DNA of 32,000 bases, taken from positions 1,001,255-1,033,254 of the forward strand of contig CAWHIQ010000001.1 of the NCBI GenBank assembly GCA_963829535.1, in the 5' to 3' direction. This DNA is from an uncultured Acidobacteriaceae bacterium (lineage in GTDB: Bacteria > Acidobacteriota > Terriglobia > Terriglobales > Acidobacteriaceae). The number at the start of each line of letters is the position of its first letter. Positions within the stretch are counted from its first letter, which is position 1. The notes under the pieces were generated by a model that worked only from the letters and a program-made list of their open reading frames with translations, did not search any database and was not told the DNA's origin. Shown here piece by piece: positions 9,851 through 18,421 of this stretch. The position numbers and the translations under genes are program-made.

Positions 9851-10385
9851 TTGGGAGTTTGAGATCGGTGGCGATGCCCCCATTATCGAGGCGCATTGGA
9901 GAGGTTTCGTGGATTTACGCGCCGACCCGAAACGAGTCGCTGATCTCACGGAAGCCGGGCAGCTTCCGGGTCTTGGTGACACGCTCACACGATTGAACGC
10001 AATGAACTCGCCAGTGTGGACATGCAAAACCGACGTCTTCGCGCCGGGCCAGATTGATCCAGACGAACTCGACGCAGCGGGGGCGGAGGGAGCGCATGGC
10101 GTTGCTTGCTATATCGACCTGTTGATGCGTAGCGATCGACAATGGGATCTTCCGTTGAAGGCGGAACTGGCCTGCAGAGAGTTGTGCGCCCGACTGCGGG
10201 ATACACCACTTCGTCGCTGCAGAGTGGATCTTGTTGTTCGCCGCGCGCATATTGAGCCCGAATTGAATGAGCTCGGCATGACGGCATATTTGACGGCTTG
10301 CGGCCAAACGGAGAGTGAAGCCAAGGCTAGACTCACGGAGTGTCTCTCGCTGTTTTCCGAAGTGATCGCTCCGGCGGCGGGGTGA
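9840..10385 (+). CDS. Hypothetical protein
   Basis: ATG 9840 (MEADWEFEIGG...) overlaps the hydrolase stop by 11 bp. The ORF is open from 9807. No motif is recognised. Confidence 0.55.
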   Translation: MEADWEFEIGGDAPIIEAHWRGFVDLRADPKRVADLTEAGQLPGLGDTLTRLNAMNSPVWTCKTDVFAPGQIDPDELDAAGAEGAHGVACYIDLLMRSDRQWDLPLKAELACRELCARLRDTPLRRCRVDLVVRRAHIEPELNELGMTAYLTACGQTESEAKARLTECLSLFSEVIAPAAG

Positions 10386-10448
10386 CTGATCGACCGTGAG
10401 GGATCCCGTTTCCGCGTGAGATCATTCAAAGCTACAATGTAGAAAAGC

Positions 10449-10525
10449 GGGCGAGTAGCTCAATCGGATAGAGCACCGGCCTTCTAAGCCGGGGGTTGTG
10501 GGTTCGATTCCCGCCTCGCCTACCA
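10449..10525 (+). tRNA. tRNA-Arg (anticodon TCT), copy 1; left 77-bp direct repeat of the island
   Basis: Acceptor GGGCGAG/CTCGCCT, D-arm GCTC-AATCGGATA-GAGC, anticodon arm CCGGC-CTTCTAA-GCCGG, T-loop GGTTCGATT, encoded CCA. It is identical at all 77 nt to 25149-25225. A TACAAT -10-like hexamer lies 11 nt upstream. Confidence 0.92.
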
Positions 10526-10652
10526 CGCTTAAAAATCAACCACTTACGCTATCTTCCGTCCTGCCAGAAATCGTACAGGCCTGGGGTATTTCCTGCAACA
10601 GTAAAGCCATTCCGTTTTTCAATAAATATCCACTATAAAGTAGGAGGAGATT

Positions 10653-10940
10653 ATGGGCCTGTCAAAAAGGATCATGGAACATCAAGAGGACCAGGTGAGG
10701 ACCGCGACCGACATTGCGGTGGAGTCACACGTATTGACCCGCTGCGAATTTCACAATGAGATTTACGATGCGCAGGCGGGCGACAACACCCCGGCTTACA
10801 TGCGCGGCAATCGCCTATTGTCATCGGGCGAGTTGCACGGTGTCTTTTCAGACCGCCGCGAAATGACAGACGCGATCAAGAGCGCCATTGAAGACTCGGC
10901 GATGGAATGCGGCTATTGCGCCAAGATGCGGGGCGATTAA
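10653..10940 (+). CDS. Hypothetical protein (95 aa)
   Basis: A strong RBS (AGGAGGAG) lies 4-5 nt upstream of the ATG. There is a CxxC near the C-terminus (ECGYCAK). Confidence 0.6.
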   Translation: MGLSKRIMEHQEDQVRTATDIAVESHVLTRCEFHNEIYDAQAGDNTPAYMRGNRLLSSGELHGVFSDRREMTDAIKSAIEDSAMECGYCAKMRGD

Positions 10941-11210
10941 GACGCCCTTCTATTTAGAGTGACAATCTCTTAATCACTCGGTCATAGACAGCGCATGATA
11001 TGCGGATGATGCGACACCTCCGCTTGTGCATAGTCTCTGCACCGTCAAGGATGAGGACACTCCCCCTGCTGCCGCTGATCGATTGTGCGATTTGACTGGA
11101 CTTGTAATAGGCGTTAGACGCCCCGCTAAAACGTGCCGTCGTTGGGTCTGCCCATCCTATTGTCTTGTCAGGGGTTGTGAAAGGTGCGATATGATCCTCC
11201 TGAAGCCTAA

Positions 11211-12041
11211 ATGCCAGCCGCCGTTACCAATGCGCCGAAGAAAGACTGTCCGCCATTCTTGCGCTGGGCGGGCAGCAAACGACGTCTGCTACCGGTCCTC
11301 CAAACCTTCTGGACACAAAGGCACAAAAGATACATAGAACCGTTCGCGGGCTCCGCATGTCTGTTTTTCGCGATTAAACCGGCGAAAGCAATCCTCGGGG
11401 ATCTGAATCCAGAACTAATCTCGACATACATTGAGGTCAAGTATCGTATTGATTCCGTACTGGAGGAGTTGAAGTCGCTGCCGCCAGCGAACAAACGGGA
11501 ATACAAGCGGTTGCGCTCACTTGACCCATCGACACTGTCGCGCACGGCAAGGGCCGCGCGATTTATCTACCTGAACCGCTTTTGCTTCAACGGGATTTAC
11601 CGCACCAACCTCCAGGGCCAATTCAACGTTCCTTACAGCGGGGATCGTTGTGGCGCTTTGCCACATGAGAAGATCTTCCAGACTTGCTCCAGCCGCTTGC
11701 GCGTGGCTCGGTTTGTGAATGGCGACTTTGAAGAGGTTCTGAAGCACGCAGAAAAAGGTGATTTGGTCTACATGGACCCCCCTTACGCAGTCCGGGCACG
11801 CCGCGTATTTCGCGAATACGACCCGAGCACCTTCACTCACGAGGACATCTCGCGATTGCGCTTTTGGATGGAACGATTAAACCGCGCTGGAATTAATTTT
11901 GTTGTGAGCTATGCCGAATCCGATGAAGCGGATGTTCTGAAACAAAGCTTTTCCTATGAGACGGTGGCCGTCCGCCGCAATGTTGCGGGTTTTGCTGCGC
12001 ATCGTGCATGGACCAACGAGTTGCTCATCTCGAATATTTGA
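11211..12041 (+). CDS. Dam-family (D12 class) N6-adenine DNA methyltransferase
   Basis: Dam signature blocks: FLRWAGSKRRLLPVL, YIEPFAGSACLFF (SAM binding), GDLNPELI and catalytic DPPY (VYMDPPYA). Confidence 0.85.
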   Translation: MPAAVTNAPKKDCPPFLRWAGSKRRLLPVLQTFWTQRHKRYIEPFAGSACLFFAIKPAKAILGDLNPELISTYIEVKYRIDSVLEELKSLPPANKREYKRLRSLDPSTLSRTARAARFIYLNRFCFNGIYRTNLQGQFNVPYSGDRCGALPHEKIFQTCSSRLRVARFVNGDFEEVLKHAEKGDLVYMDPPYAVRARRVFREYDPSTFTHEDISRLRFWMERLNRAGINFVVSYAESDEADVLKQSFSYETVAVRRNVAGFAAHRAWTNELLISNI

Positions 12042-12049
12042 AGGACTGA

Positions 12050-13093
12050 ATGCCGACCCTAAAGCCTACGCAGCCCGTGATTCCCCAAGTCATCCCTGCC
12101 GGACAGTTGCGTCAGCTCTCGCCCGAGGAAGTGAAGCCTAGCAGTAACAACCCGCGCCACCTGTTCGATCCCGATCAGCTGATGGATCTAAAGAAGAATA
12201 TCGGTGAACATGGCGTCCTTGTTCCGATTACGGTCTATCAGGCGAAAGGGCAGGCCAAGTTTTCCATTCTTGACGGCGAGCGGAGATACAGATGTGTTGT
12301 CGAGCTGGTGAAGGAAGGGCGCGTCGGTAAGGACGGAACGCCATTCAAACTCCCCGCCAATATCGTCGAGCCGCCGACCAAAATTGCTGGTCTGCTCTAC
12401 ATGTTCTCCATCCACAATTACCGTGAAGCGTGGGAGTTGATGCCCACCGCCCTCAGCTTGAGGATTGTGATGGAAGATCTTGAGACAGATGACAACAAGG
12501 CGCTGAGTAAGTTGACCGGATTAAGCGATGCCCAGATCGAGCGCTGCAAGAAGCTGCTCAAGTTTCCGGAGCGCTTTCAGGAGATGTCGCTCGATCCCAA
12601 CCCGCAGACGAGAATCCCGTCGAATTTCTGGATCGAAGCCCTGCCGGTAATTGACCTAGGTATCGCCACCAGTGAGCCGCTCAAGAAGCTGGGGCGCGAC
12701 CGATCGACAGACAAGCTTGTAGAGAAATACCGCACTAAGAAGATCAAGAGCGTGATCCATTTCCGCCGGATCATGGAAAGCTACGAAACTTCCGAAGACG
12801 ATCCACCGGTGCGTGCGAAAGTTCTGCGAAGAGTGGAGGAGTTCTTTCTCAATCCGAAGATAGAAACGCGGGAGGCATTTGACGAATTTGTCGTAGAGAA
12901 GCGGCGGGTCGAGAATGCGCTGGCCGCCTGTGACGGCTTCCTGACTCAACTGCGGCGCTTCAAGCTGAAGTACACGTCGAATGACGAAGAGCGGAAGAAT
13001 CTCCGCAAAGCACTCAAGGAAGTGCGGGCATACTGCGAAAGCCTCGAAAATGCCCTCGAAGGAAGCGATGATCCCGAGGCGAAGCAAGACTGA
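12050..13093 (+). CDS. ParB N-terminal (ParB/Srx fold) domain protein with a central HTH
   Basis: NPRHLFD ... GVLVPITV ... ILDGERRYRC (ParB box II-like GERR) followed by an HTH-like LSKLTGLSDAQIERCKKLL. It starts 8 nt after the methylase stop. Confidence 0.8.
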   Translation: MPTLKPTQPVIPQVIPAGQLRQLSPEEVKPSSNNPRHLFDPDQLMDLKKNIGEHGVLVPITVYQAKGQAKFSILDGERRYRCVVELVKEGRVGKDGTPFKLPANIVEPPTKIAGLLYMFSIHNYREAWELMPTALSLRIVMEDLETDDNKALSKLTGLSDAQIERCKKLLKFPERFQEMSLDPNPQTRIPSNFWIEALPVIDLGIATSEPLKKLGRDRSTDKLVEKYRTKKIKSVIHFRRIMESYETSEDDPPVRAKVLRRVEEFFLNPKIETREAFDEFVVEKRRVENALAACDGFLTQLRRFKLKYTSNDEERKNLRKALKEVRAYCESLENALEGSDDPEAKQD

Positions 13094-13095
13094 CC

Positions 13096-13911
13096 ATGAG
13101 GCGGATAATTTTCAGTATGAGGGCCGCGCTGCGTTTTTGGGGCTATAAACCCCAACCTCTCTCCTTACTTTCTGTTACCAGCTGGATCAAGCAATTCGAC
13201 AAGAAGGATCGGGGGCTCGCCATCAAGCTTCTCGATAATGTCATTTATCTGTCTGAATCCAGAACACGCGACATTCTAGTGGCACAAAACACGGAACTGA
13301 TGAAGCGTTTGAAGGAGGCCGGTCTTCCCGCAAAGAAGCTGATTTATGTGTCATTTCATGAAGCAGGAAGCAGTAGCCCGGTTATGCTGAATCTTCTGAG
13401 AGACTCAGCCAACCTCGAACGAAGGGGCTGCAATTTCATTGACGGGCGCGATTCGCTCGGCCTTGTCAAGATGATGAATAAAGTCGGCGAAGGGGCGTTG
13501 ATTTATGTCGATGACTTCATTGGCACCGGAAAGCAGTTCTGCGACGAGCGTGACTTCATCGCCAAGAACTTTGTTGGAACGTTTTCAGAGTTCGTAATCG
13601 CTCCGAGCATCTGTGAGGAAGCTTTTGAAAAACTGGACGCACGAGGTATTCAGGCATTCACTGGGCATAAGCACTTGAAGATCGAGCGGCCATTGCACGC
13701 GGAATCCACGATCTTCGACGAAGCACAGAGGAACCAGTTGGCCGCGGTGTGTAAACACATCGACAAATTTGGGCTTGGGTTCAAGGGCATTGCGACGATG
13801 GTGGTTTTGTACCGCAACGCACCCAACACGGTTCCAGTTATTTTCCGCGGCAACGTCAATCAACACCCCTATTTTGGGATTTTTCCGCGGGCAATGGATC
13901 TGCCTCTTTAA
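13096..13911 (+). CDS. Phosphoribosyltransferase (PRTase)-like protein
   Basis: A PRPP-binding-loop-like motif (ALIYVDDFIGTGKQF: hydrophobic run, two acidic residues, then TG) sits in a 271-aa ORF. It starts 2 nt after the ParB-like stop. The assignment rests on this single motif. Confidence 0.6.
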   Translation: MRRIIFSMRAALRFWGYKPQPLSLLSVTSWIKQFDKKDRGLAIKLLDNVIYLSESRTRDILVAQNTELMKRLKEAGLPAKKLIYVSFHEAGSSSPVMLNLLRDSANLERRGCNFIDGRDSLGLVKMMNKVGEGALIYVDDFIGTGKQFCDERDFIAKNFVGTFSEFVIAPSICEEAFEKLDARGIQAFTGHKHLKIERPLHAESTIFDEAQRNQLAAVCKHIDKFGLGFKGIATMVVLYRNAPNTVPVIFRGNVNQHPYFGIFPRAMDLPL

Positions 13912-13939
13912 GGACTCCCTTTGAGCGTGAATGATAGTC

Positions 13940-14584
13940 CTAGTCTGGACTCTCCTGTTCTGATTCCACTGCGACACGAATATCATCCAGCGTCTTCCCC
14001 TCGTACATCCAATAGTCAGAGCCACTAACAGTACCCAAGGTATAGCCGCCGAGCTTATGCAGGGCAGCGAGCGCAGATGCCGACAGACTCATAACCTGTC
14101 CCGCGTACTCCACTTTGTTTCCACTGACCACGGTTGCATGAACATCTTCATCCCTAGATAGCGTGAGCACGGTACCCGGCTTAATGCCGATAGCGTCAAG
14201 GTTGATTCGGGCGCGTCTCTTCGTTTCAGCTTTCTCGGCCTTTTCAAACGCCTGCTCTTCCTCTTTCGGGATGTCAACCTTCCCTGGGGTAACCTCATTG
14301 AACGAACCCATCCTGATGGCGAGCACAATCTTCTCCGGGGCGACTTGAAAAAACTCCCGGTTCGGATTAACGCGCTTGTCCGAAAACAACTGATGCAGAG
14401 TCTTTTCCTTAGCAGCCATGTTCTCAACTTTTGCCGCGAAGTGGCATTGAAACGCGACCGGGACGCCCGTAGCAGAGCTGAGTGCCTTAATGCGCTCTTC
14501 TACCGGCCCCGTGGTGCACCCAATCTTCACAAGTCCCGGCATAAATGGGTTAGTTAGGACGTAGAGAATCCCGGAATCTTCCAT
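13940..14584 (-). CDS. GIY-YIG / T5orf172-domain protein
   Basis: N-terminal ILYVLTNPFMPGLVKIGCTTGPVEERIKALSSATGVPVAF ... NREFFQV matches the T5orf172 pattern. The C-terminal domain carries YWMYEGKTLDDIR. Confidence 0.75.
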   Translation of the reverse strand: MEDSGILYVLTNPFMPGLVKIGCTTGPVEERIKALSSATGVPVAFQCHFAAKVENMAAKEKTLHQLFSDKRVNPNREFFQVAPEKIVLAIRMGSFNEVTPGKVDIPKEEEQAFEKAEKAETKRRARINLDAIGIKPGTVLTLSRDEDVHATVVSGNKVEYAGQVMSLSASALAALHKLGGYTLGTVSGSDYWMYEGKTLDDIRVAVESEQESPD

Positions 14585-14609
14585 TACACTCCCTCACCTG
14601 AACGACCCA

Positions 14610-14812
14610 TCACTTGACCGTCAGCCGATTGACCACGCGCTGGTACACAACCCTTGGTATGCGAATGCTTCGATAGATCCTCTTGTGCAAAGACGCGGGG
14701 CGGACCAACACAATGACGCCTCGCTCCAGCTCAAACATTCGCGTCACAGTTTGCCGCGAATAGCCTGTCAAGCGGCAACCTCAACCACGGTGTAAGCTGC
14801 CTTTTCTTCCAC
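14610..14812 (-). pseudogene. Excisionase/AlpA-like HTH gene interrupted by a frameshift
   Basis: On the minus strand, GTG 14812 gives MEEKAAYTVVEVAA then TGA. One frame over it continues LTGYSRQTVTRMFELERGVIVLVRPASLHKRIYRSIRIPRVVYQRVVNRLTVK*. Joined, this is a typical ~67-aa excisionase-type HTH. The ORFs are too short to appear in the track. Confidence 0.5.
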
Positions 14813-14850
14813 TGGCTATCAGCCCTTAACCTCTTGTCCCTCGGGTTCGA

Positions 14851-16437
14851 TCACTCAGCCGCCAAAGTGCCGTGCACGCTCGCCTTCCATTCGCTCATCA
14901 GAACCATTTCACAAGTGACGCTCGCACCGTCCTTGCCCACCAGTTCCAATTCGCCAGCGTGAACCACATCTTCGGCCTTGAAGCACTTTGACATCGCATC
15001 CAGCAACTTGCGCTTGTACGCGGTGTCCAGATTCCCTTCAAGTTGATCGCCCTTCATCTCCCAAACCAGAATGCGCTGCTTCTTGCCGGACTTCTGGTGC
15101 GCAAATATGAAGTCGGGGTAAACCCGATTCTTGCGCCAACCCTGAAGAGCATAGTTCCCGCCCTTGGCGACGTTGCGGTGCCACCAATCCAAGGCCGCTT
15201 GTTCATCCAAGTAACAGGCAAACTCCGCCTCATCCGTGTTGAAGTCTTCCTCATAGACGGGCGCAAAGATGCTCTTCTCTACGGGACCTCCCGATGATGG
15301 CCGCACCAATTTACGGGCCTTCTCAGGCCGTTCCGTCTCCATTGCCATTGGCAATTCCCATACGGCCCGGTCCGCACGCAACCTGAATTGAATCCGCTCT
15401 GCCGATACGTCACCGAAAAATTGCGCCTCTGCTAGCCGGTCACGCTCTTTCACCAGCCACTTGCGAAGCTCCTCAAGAATGTAGCCAGATGCACCGCCAA
15501 GGTCCGCATCGGTCAACCCGCGTCCGCGCAGCGCGGCAAGCAATTCCCCAATGAGGGCACGCGCCACCCAAGGATTCGGCAGAATATCCACCATCAGCCG
15601 GGTTGCGTACACGGTATCAAAACTCGTAGCTTCAACCACGGTTTGCCGTCCCGTCTCCTCAAGCCAATCCTTGCCGGTCCCGATGCCAACCCGCACAACG
15701 TAGCTCGCCTCCGCTGTGGGAGCCTTGGAGAGTTGTTCCACCAGCGGGTTGAGGTCAAGCGCCCCCCAATTCAGCCGGTACAAAACATCCTGCTCATAGT
15801 CGAGTGGGCGCGATGCCTTTCCTTGCACCCAATTCACCATTGGGAGGAAAATCCGCAGTGTGCGGAATTTATCTCGCCTTCGCACCTTGCGGGTAGACTG
15901 CTTGGCACTGGAACTCCCGTCACCCTCTTTCACCTTCCCTGCAAGGTCCGCCATGCCGTCTTTTTCCAATCCCGACTTGATGCTGTCCACCACCTCTTTT
16001 GTCGTCGCATGGTGGCAAAAAATGTAGCACTCATTCAGGACGGCCAATTCCTCTGGAACGTAAGTCGCCTCCGGCTGCCTCAGAATCCGCCCTATAAGCT
16101 GTGTCAGCGCATTGAGGTTGCGATTCGTTGCCAGCGTGCAAAGCACATAAGCAAACGGGCAATCCCAACCTTCCTGCAATGCCTGCTTGGTGATGATGAC
16201 GCGCACGGGGCAAGTGGAACTCAGCAGGTCACTATTGCCTGGATTGCAGTCCACCTTCCCCGCATACATCGGCAACAGTGCCTTCAGCGCGTGCAGATTG
16301 TCCCCGTGGATGATGAGGTTGCCATTGAGAGACGGCTCCCCCACAGACCTCCCCGCATCCGGCACCAGTGGGCGGTACGGCACGGTCAAATGATGGTTGT
16401 AGACAAATTCTTTCCCTTTGAACTGAAGCTCTGGCAT
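14851..16437 (-). pseudogene. Type III R-M remnant: Mod N-terminus fused in frame to Res C-terminus
   Basis: Residues 1-64 (LQFKGKEFVYNHH ... GNLIIHGDNLHALKALLPMYAGKVDC) are the conserved Mod N-terminus, ending just before the expected DPPY block. The rest starts at helicase motif VI (ITKQALQEGWDCPFAYVL ... QLIGRILRQP). It ends with a PD-(D/E)xK-like nuclease (YPDFIF ... LVWEMKG). No Walker A or DEAH motif is present. Confidence 0.7.
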
Positions 16438-16860
16438 ACGGCGAACGATCCTCTGTTTTTCTTTTGAAAGTCTACATCTCTGAGGCTCCGCGCCCCAGTT
16501 GGGTCTCGCATCCCTCAGAAAAGTTTGAGTTATGAGTAAATTCGGCGCGTAAGTGAGCCGTTCCGCTCCGACTTTGCGTTCCGCTCGTCCGTCCTGGTGG
16601 GTGACAATGCCCCCGGGGATTTTCGTTGCCGGACGTGTTCACGACCACATCGGTAGGCGAATGTGACTTTGGTGTGGGTCCCCGTGATCGCGCTCACAGT
16701 ACAGGTCAAAAGCCGTTCGGTATTCTTCGTACGTTTTCCGCTGTAATCGAACGCTCATGGCTAGTCGCTATTTCCAGCGACGCGCCTACGTGCTTTGTAG
16801 CGCGGCTACGGGGCCTTGTGCGCAATATACCAACCATCATCAACAGGAAAAGAGGCAAGG

Positions 16861-17148
16861 ATGGAAAACGTATCAGAGGCAATCAAAGGCGTGACCTCCG
16901 CGATAAAGGACGGTCTTGTCACGCAATCGGTGACCCTAGATTTGGGCGAGAACACCGGAGAATGGCCGGGACTGTGTGTGGCGCTCCACGGCACGCCGGA
17001 TGACCACTCCGTAAAGGTCCACGTGTTTCACGATGGATTTGACCGTCTCTTGATCGCAATCACTGCGCACACGGCAGCACTGAACAACATTGCCAAGGCT
17101 ATCAACGGAGTCAACAAGACTGTGGGCGCTCTGAAGAAGGCAAAATGA
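16861..17148 (+). CDS. Hypothetical protein (95 aa)
   Basis: ATG 16861 is preceded by AAAGAGGCAAGG. The stop overlaps the next start (ATGA at 17145). Confidence 0.5.
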   Translation: MENVSEAIKGVTSAIKDGLVTQSVTLDLGENTGEWPGLCVALHGTPDDHSVKVHVFHDGFDRLLIAITAHTAALNNIAKAINGVNKTVGALKKAK

Positions 17149-17447
17149 AAAAGCTGAGATATATCCGTTTCGTTGGTTGCAAGCCAGCGCCGGAAAAAAT
17201 ATGCGAGAAGTGCGGTAAGAACTCCGGAATCATTCACACGCTTGCCACGGACACCCGAGCTGACTCAACCCTCCCCGTGTTGCACATGATGAGCGAGCGT
17301 CTTGAGGTTTGCTTGGAGTGTGCCGAGTCTCTTGTTTACCGGACGGACAAGGGGATGCCCACTTGGGCTGAAACCCAAAGTCTTGACGGCGGACTCGGTA
17401 TGGACGGGTGGACAAGTCGCTGGCACGCGGAGGACTGGAATCGATGA
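17145..17447 (+). CDS. Hypothetical zinc-ribbon protein (100 aa)
   Basis: Two Cys pairs (CEKCG ... CLEC). It is translationally coupled on both sides (ATGA overlaps at 17145 and 17444). Confidence 0.5.
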   Translation: MKKLRYIRFVGCKPAPEKICEKCGKNSGIIHTLATDTRADSTLPVLHMMSERLEVCLECAESLVYRTDKGMPTWAETQSLDGGLGMDGWTSRWHAEDWNR

Positions 17448-18421
17448 CTCTCACGATTGAAGACCTGAAACTGCAAAAACGTTGGGTCTTGTGGAAGCTG
17501 GAGAAGCGTGACGGCAAAGATACCAAAGTCCCATACCAATCAAACGGTGCCCATGCCGCATCTGACAACCCCGCAACGTGGGGCACGTATGCGGAGCTAT
17601 CTGCCCACGTGCATCGCTTCAGCGGCGTTGGGTGCGTGCTTGGTGATGTTGATGGCTTGCCCTTGTGCGGGGTTGATATTGACAGCTGCTGTGATGCACA
17701 GACAGGCAAATTCACAAAAGAGTCAAAGGCAATTGTCATTAACCTTGACAGCTACAGTGAGTACAGCCCGAGCGGAACCGGTGCTCACATACTCATGCTT
17801 GGCACGTTGCGTTCCCGCAAAGGCATCAAGCTGCCATTCATGGGCGCCAAGGCCGTGGAACTGTATGACAGCGGACGCTATTTGACATTCACCGGGCGTC
17901 ATCTTCCAAAGACGCCCAATGCTGTCCTTGAGCGTGACAACGCTGTCAATGAGCTGTATGACCGGGTGTTGGCTAGCAAAGCAAAAAGCCCGGGGCTGAC
18001 GGTCTGCATCTCAGTGTCTGAGGAAGAGCGGCTCTCGCTGTTGATGGCCGGTGACATGAGCTTGTATCACGATGACCACAGCACGGCGGACTTTGCATTG
18101 TGCTGCCTTTTAGCGAAGAAGCACGATTGCAATGCATTCAAGATGGATGATGACTTCAGGAAGTCCGGCTTGTGGAGGGATAAGTGGGAGCGTGATGACT
18201 ACCGGGAAGGCACCATTGCGCGCGCTATCAAAGCTGTGGCGCGTGAAATTCCCATTGTGTTTGAAGATGACCCGGACGGACTGGCAGAGGACCGTGAGTT
18301 GGAGTATTTGGTCAGCTCGTGGTTTCCCAAGGGCGAAGTGTCACTCATTGGAGCACCAAGCGGAGCGGGGAAGACTAGCTTTGGCTTGAACTTTCTGGAG
18401 GCACTCCGCAATGGCACGTGA
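17444..18421 (+). CDS. Prim-pol (bifunctional primase/polymerase) domain protein ending in the Walker A of a RepA/DnaB-like ATPase; 5' part of a split gene
   Basis: Prim-pol motifs CGVDIDS and EYSPSGTGAHIL, then ELYDSGRYLTFTG. The C-terminal Walker A is GAPSGAGKTS, and the ORF stops 17 codons later. Confidence 0.75.
   Translation: MTLTIEDLKLQKRWVLWKLEKRDGKDTKVPYQSNGAHAASDNPATWGTYAELSAHVHRFSGVGCVLGDVDGLPLCGVDIDSCCDAQTGKFTKESKAIVINLDSYSEYSPSGTGAHILMLGTLRSRKGIKLPFMGAKAVELYDSGRYLTFTGRHLPKTPNAVLERDNAVNELYDRVLASKAKSPGLTVCISVSEEERLSLLMAGDMSLYHDDHSTADFALCCLLAKKHDCNAFKMDDDFRKSGLWRDKWERDDYREGTIARAIKAVAREIPIVFEDDPDGLAEDRELEYLVSSWFPKGEVSLIGAPSGAGKTSFGLNFLEALRNGT

Noticed and set aside
9191-10027. 278-aa minus-strand ORF
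   Set aside because: It is antisense to the alpha/beta hydrolase, which has a nucleophile elbow and a coherent fold signature. It is a shadow ORF.
10496-10759. 87-88 aa ORFs beginning MWVRFPPRLP at 10496 and again at 25196
   Set aside because: Both start inside the tRNA-Arg T-arm. The shared N-terminus is just the translated tRNA repeat.
15643-16467. 274-aa + strand ORF
   Set aside because: It is antisense to the Mod-Res chimera, whose frame carries helicase motif VI and the nuclease motif.
16626-17003. 125-aa ORF upstream of or overlapping the 95-aa gene
   Set aside because: It has a non-ATG start, no RBS and an Arg-rich composition. It overlaps the RBS-supported ORF at 16861 in a different frame.
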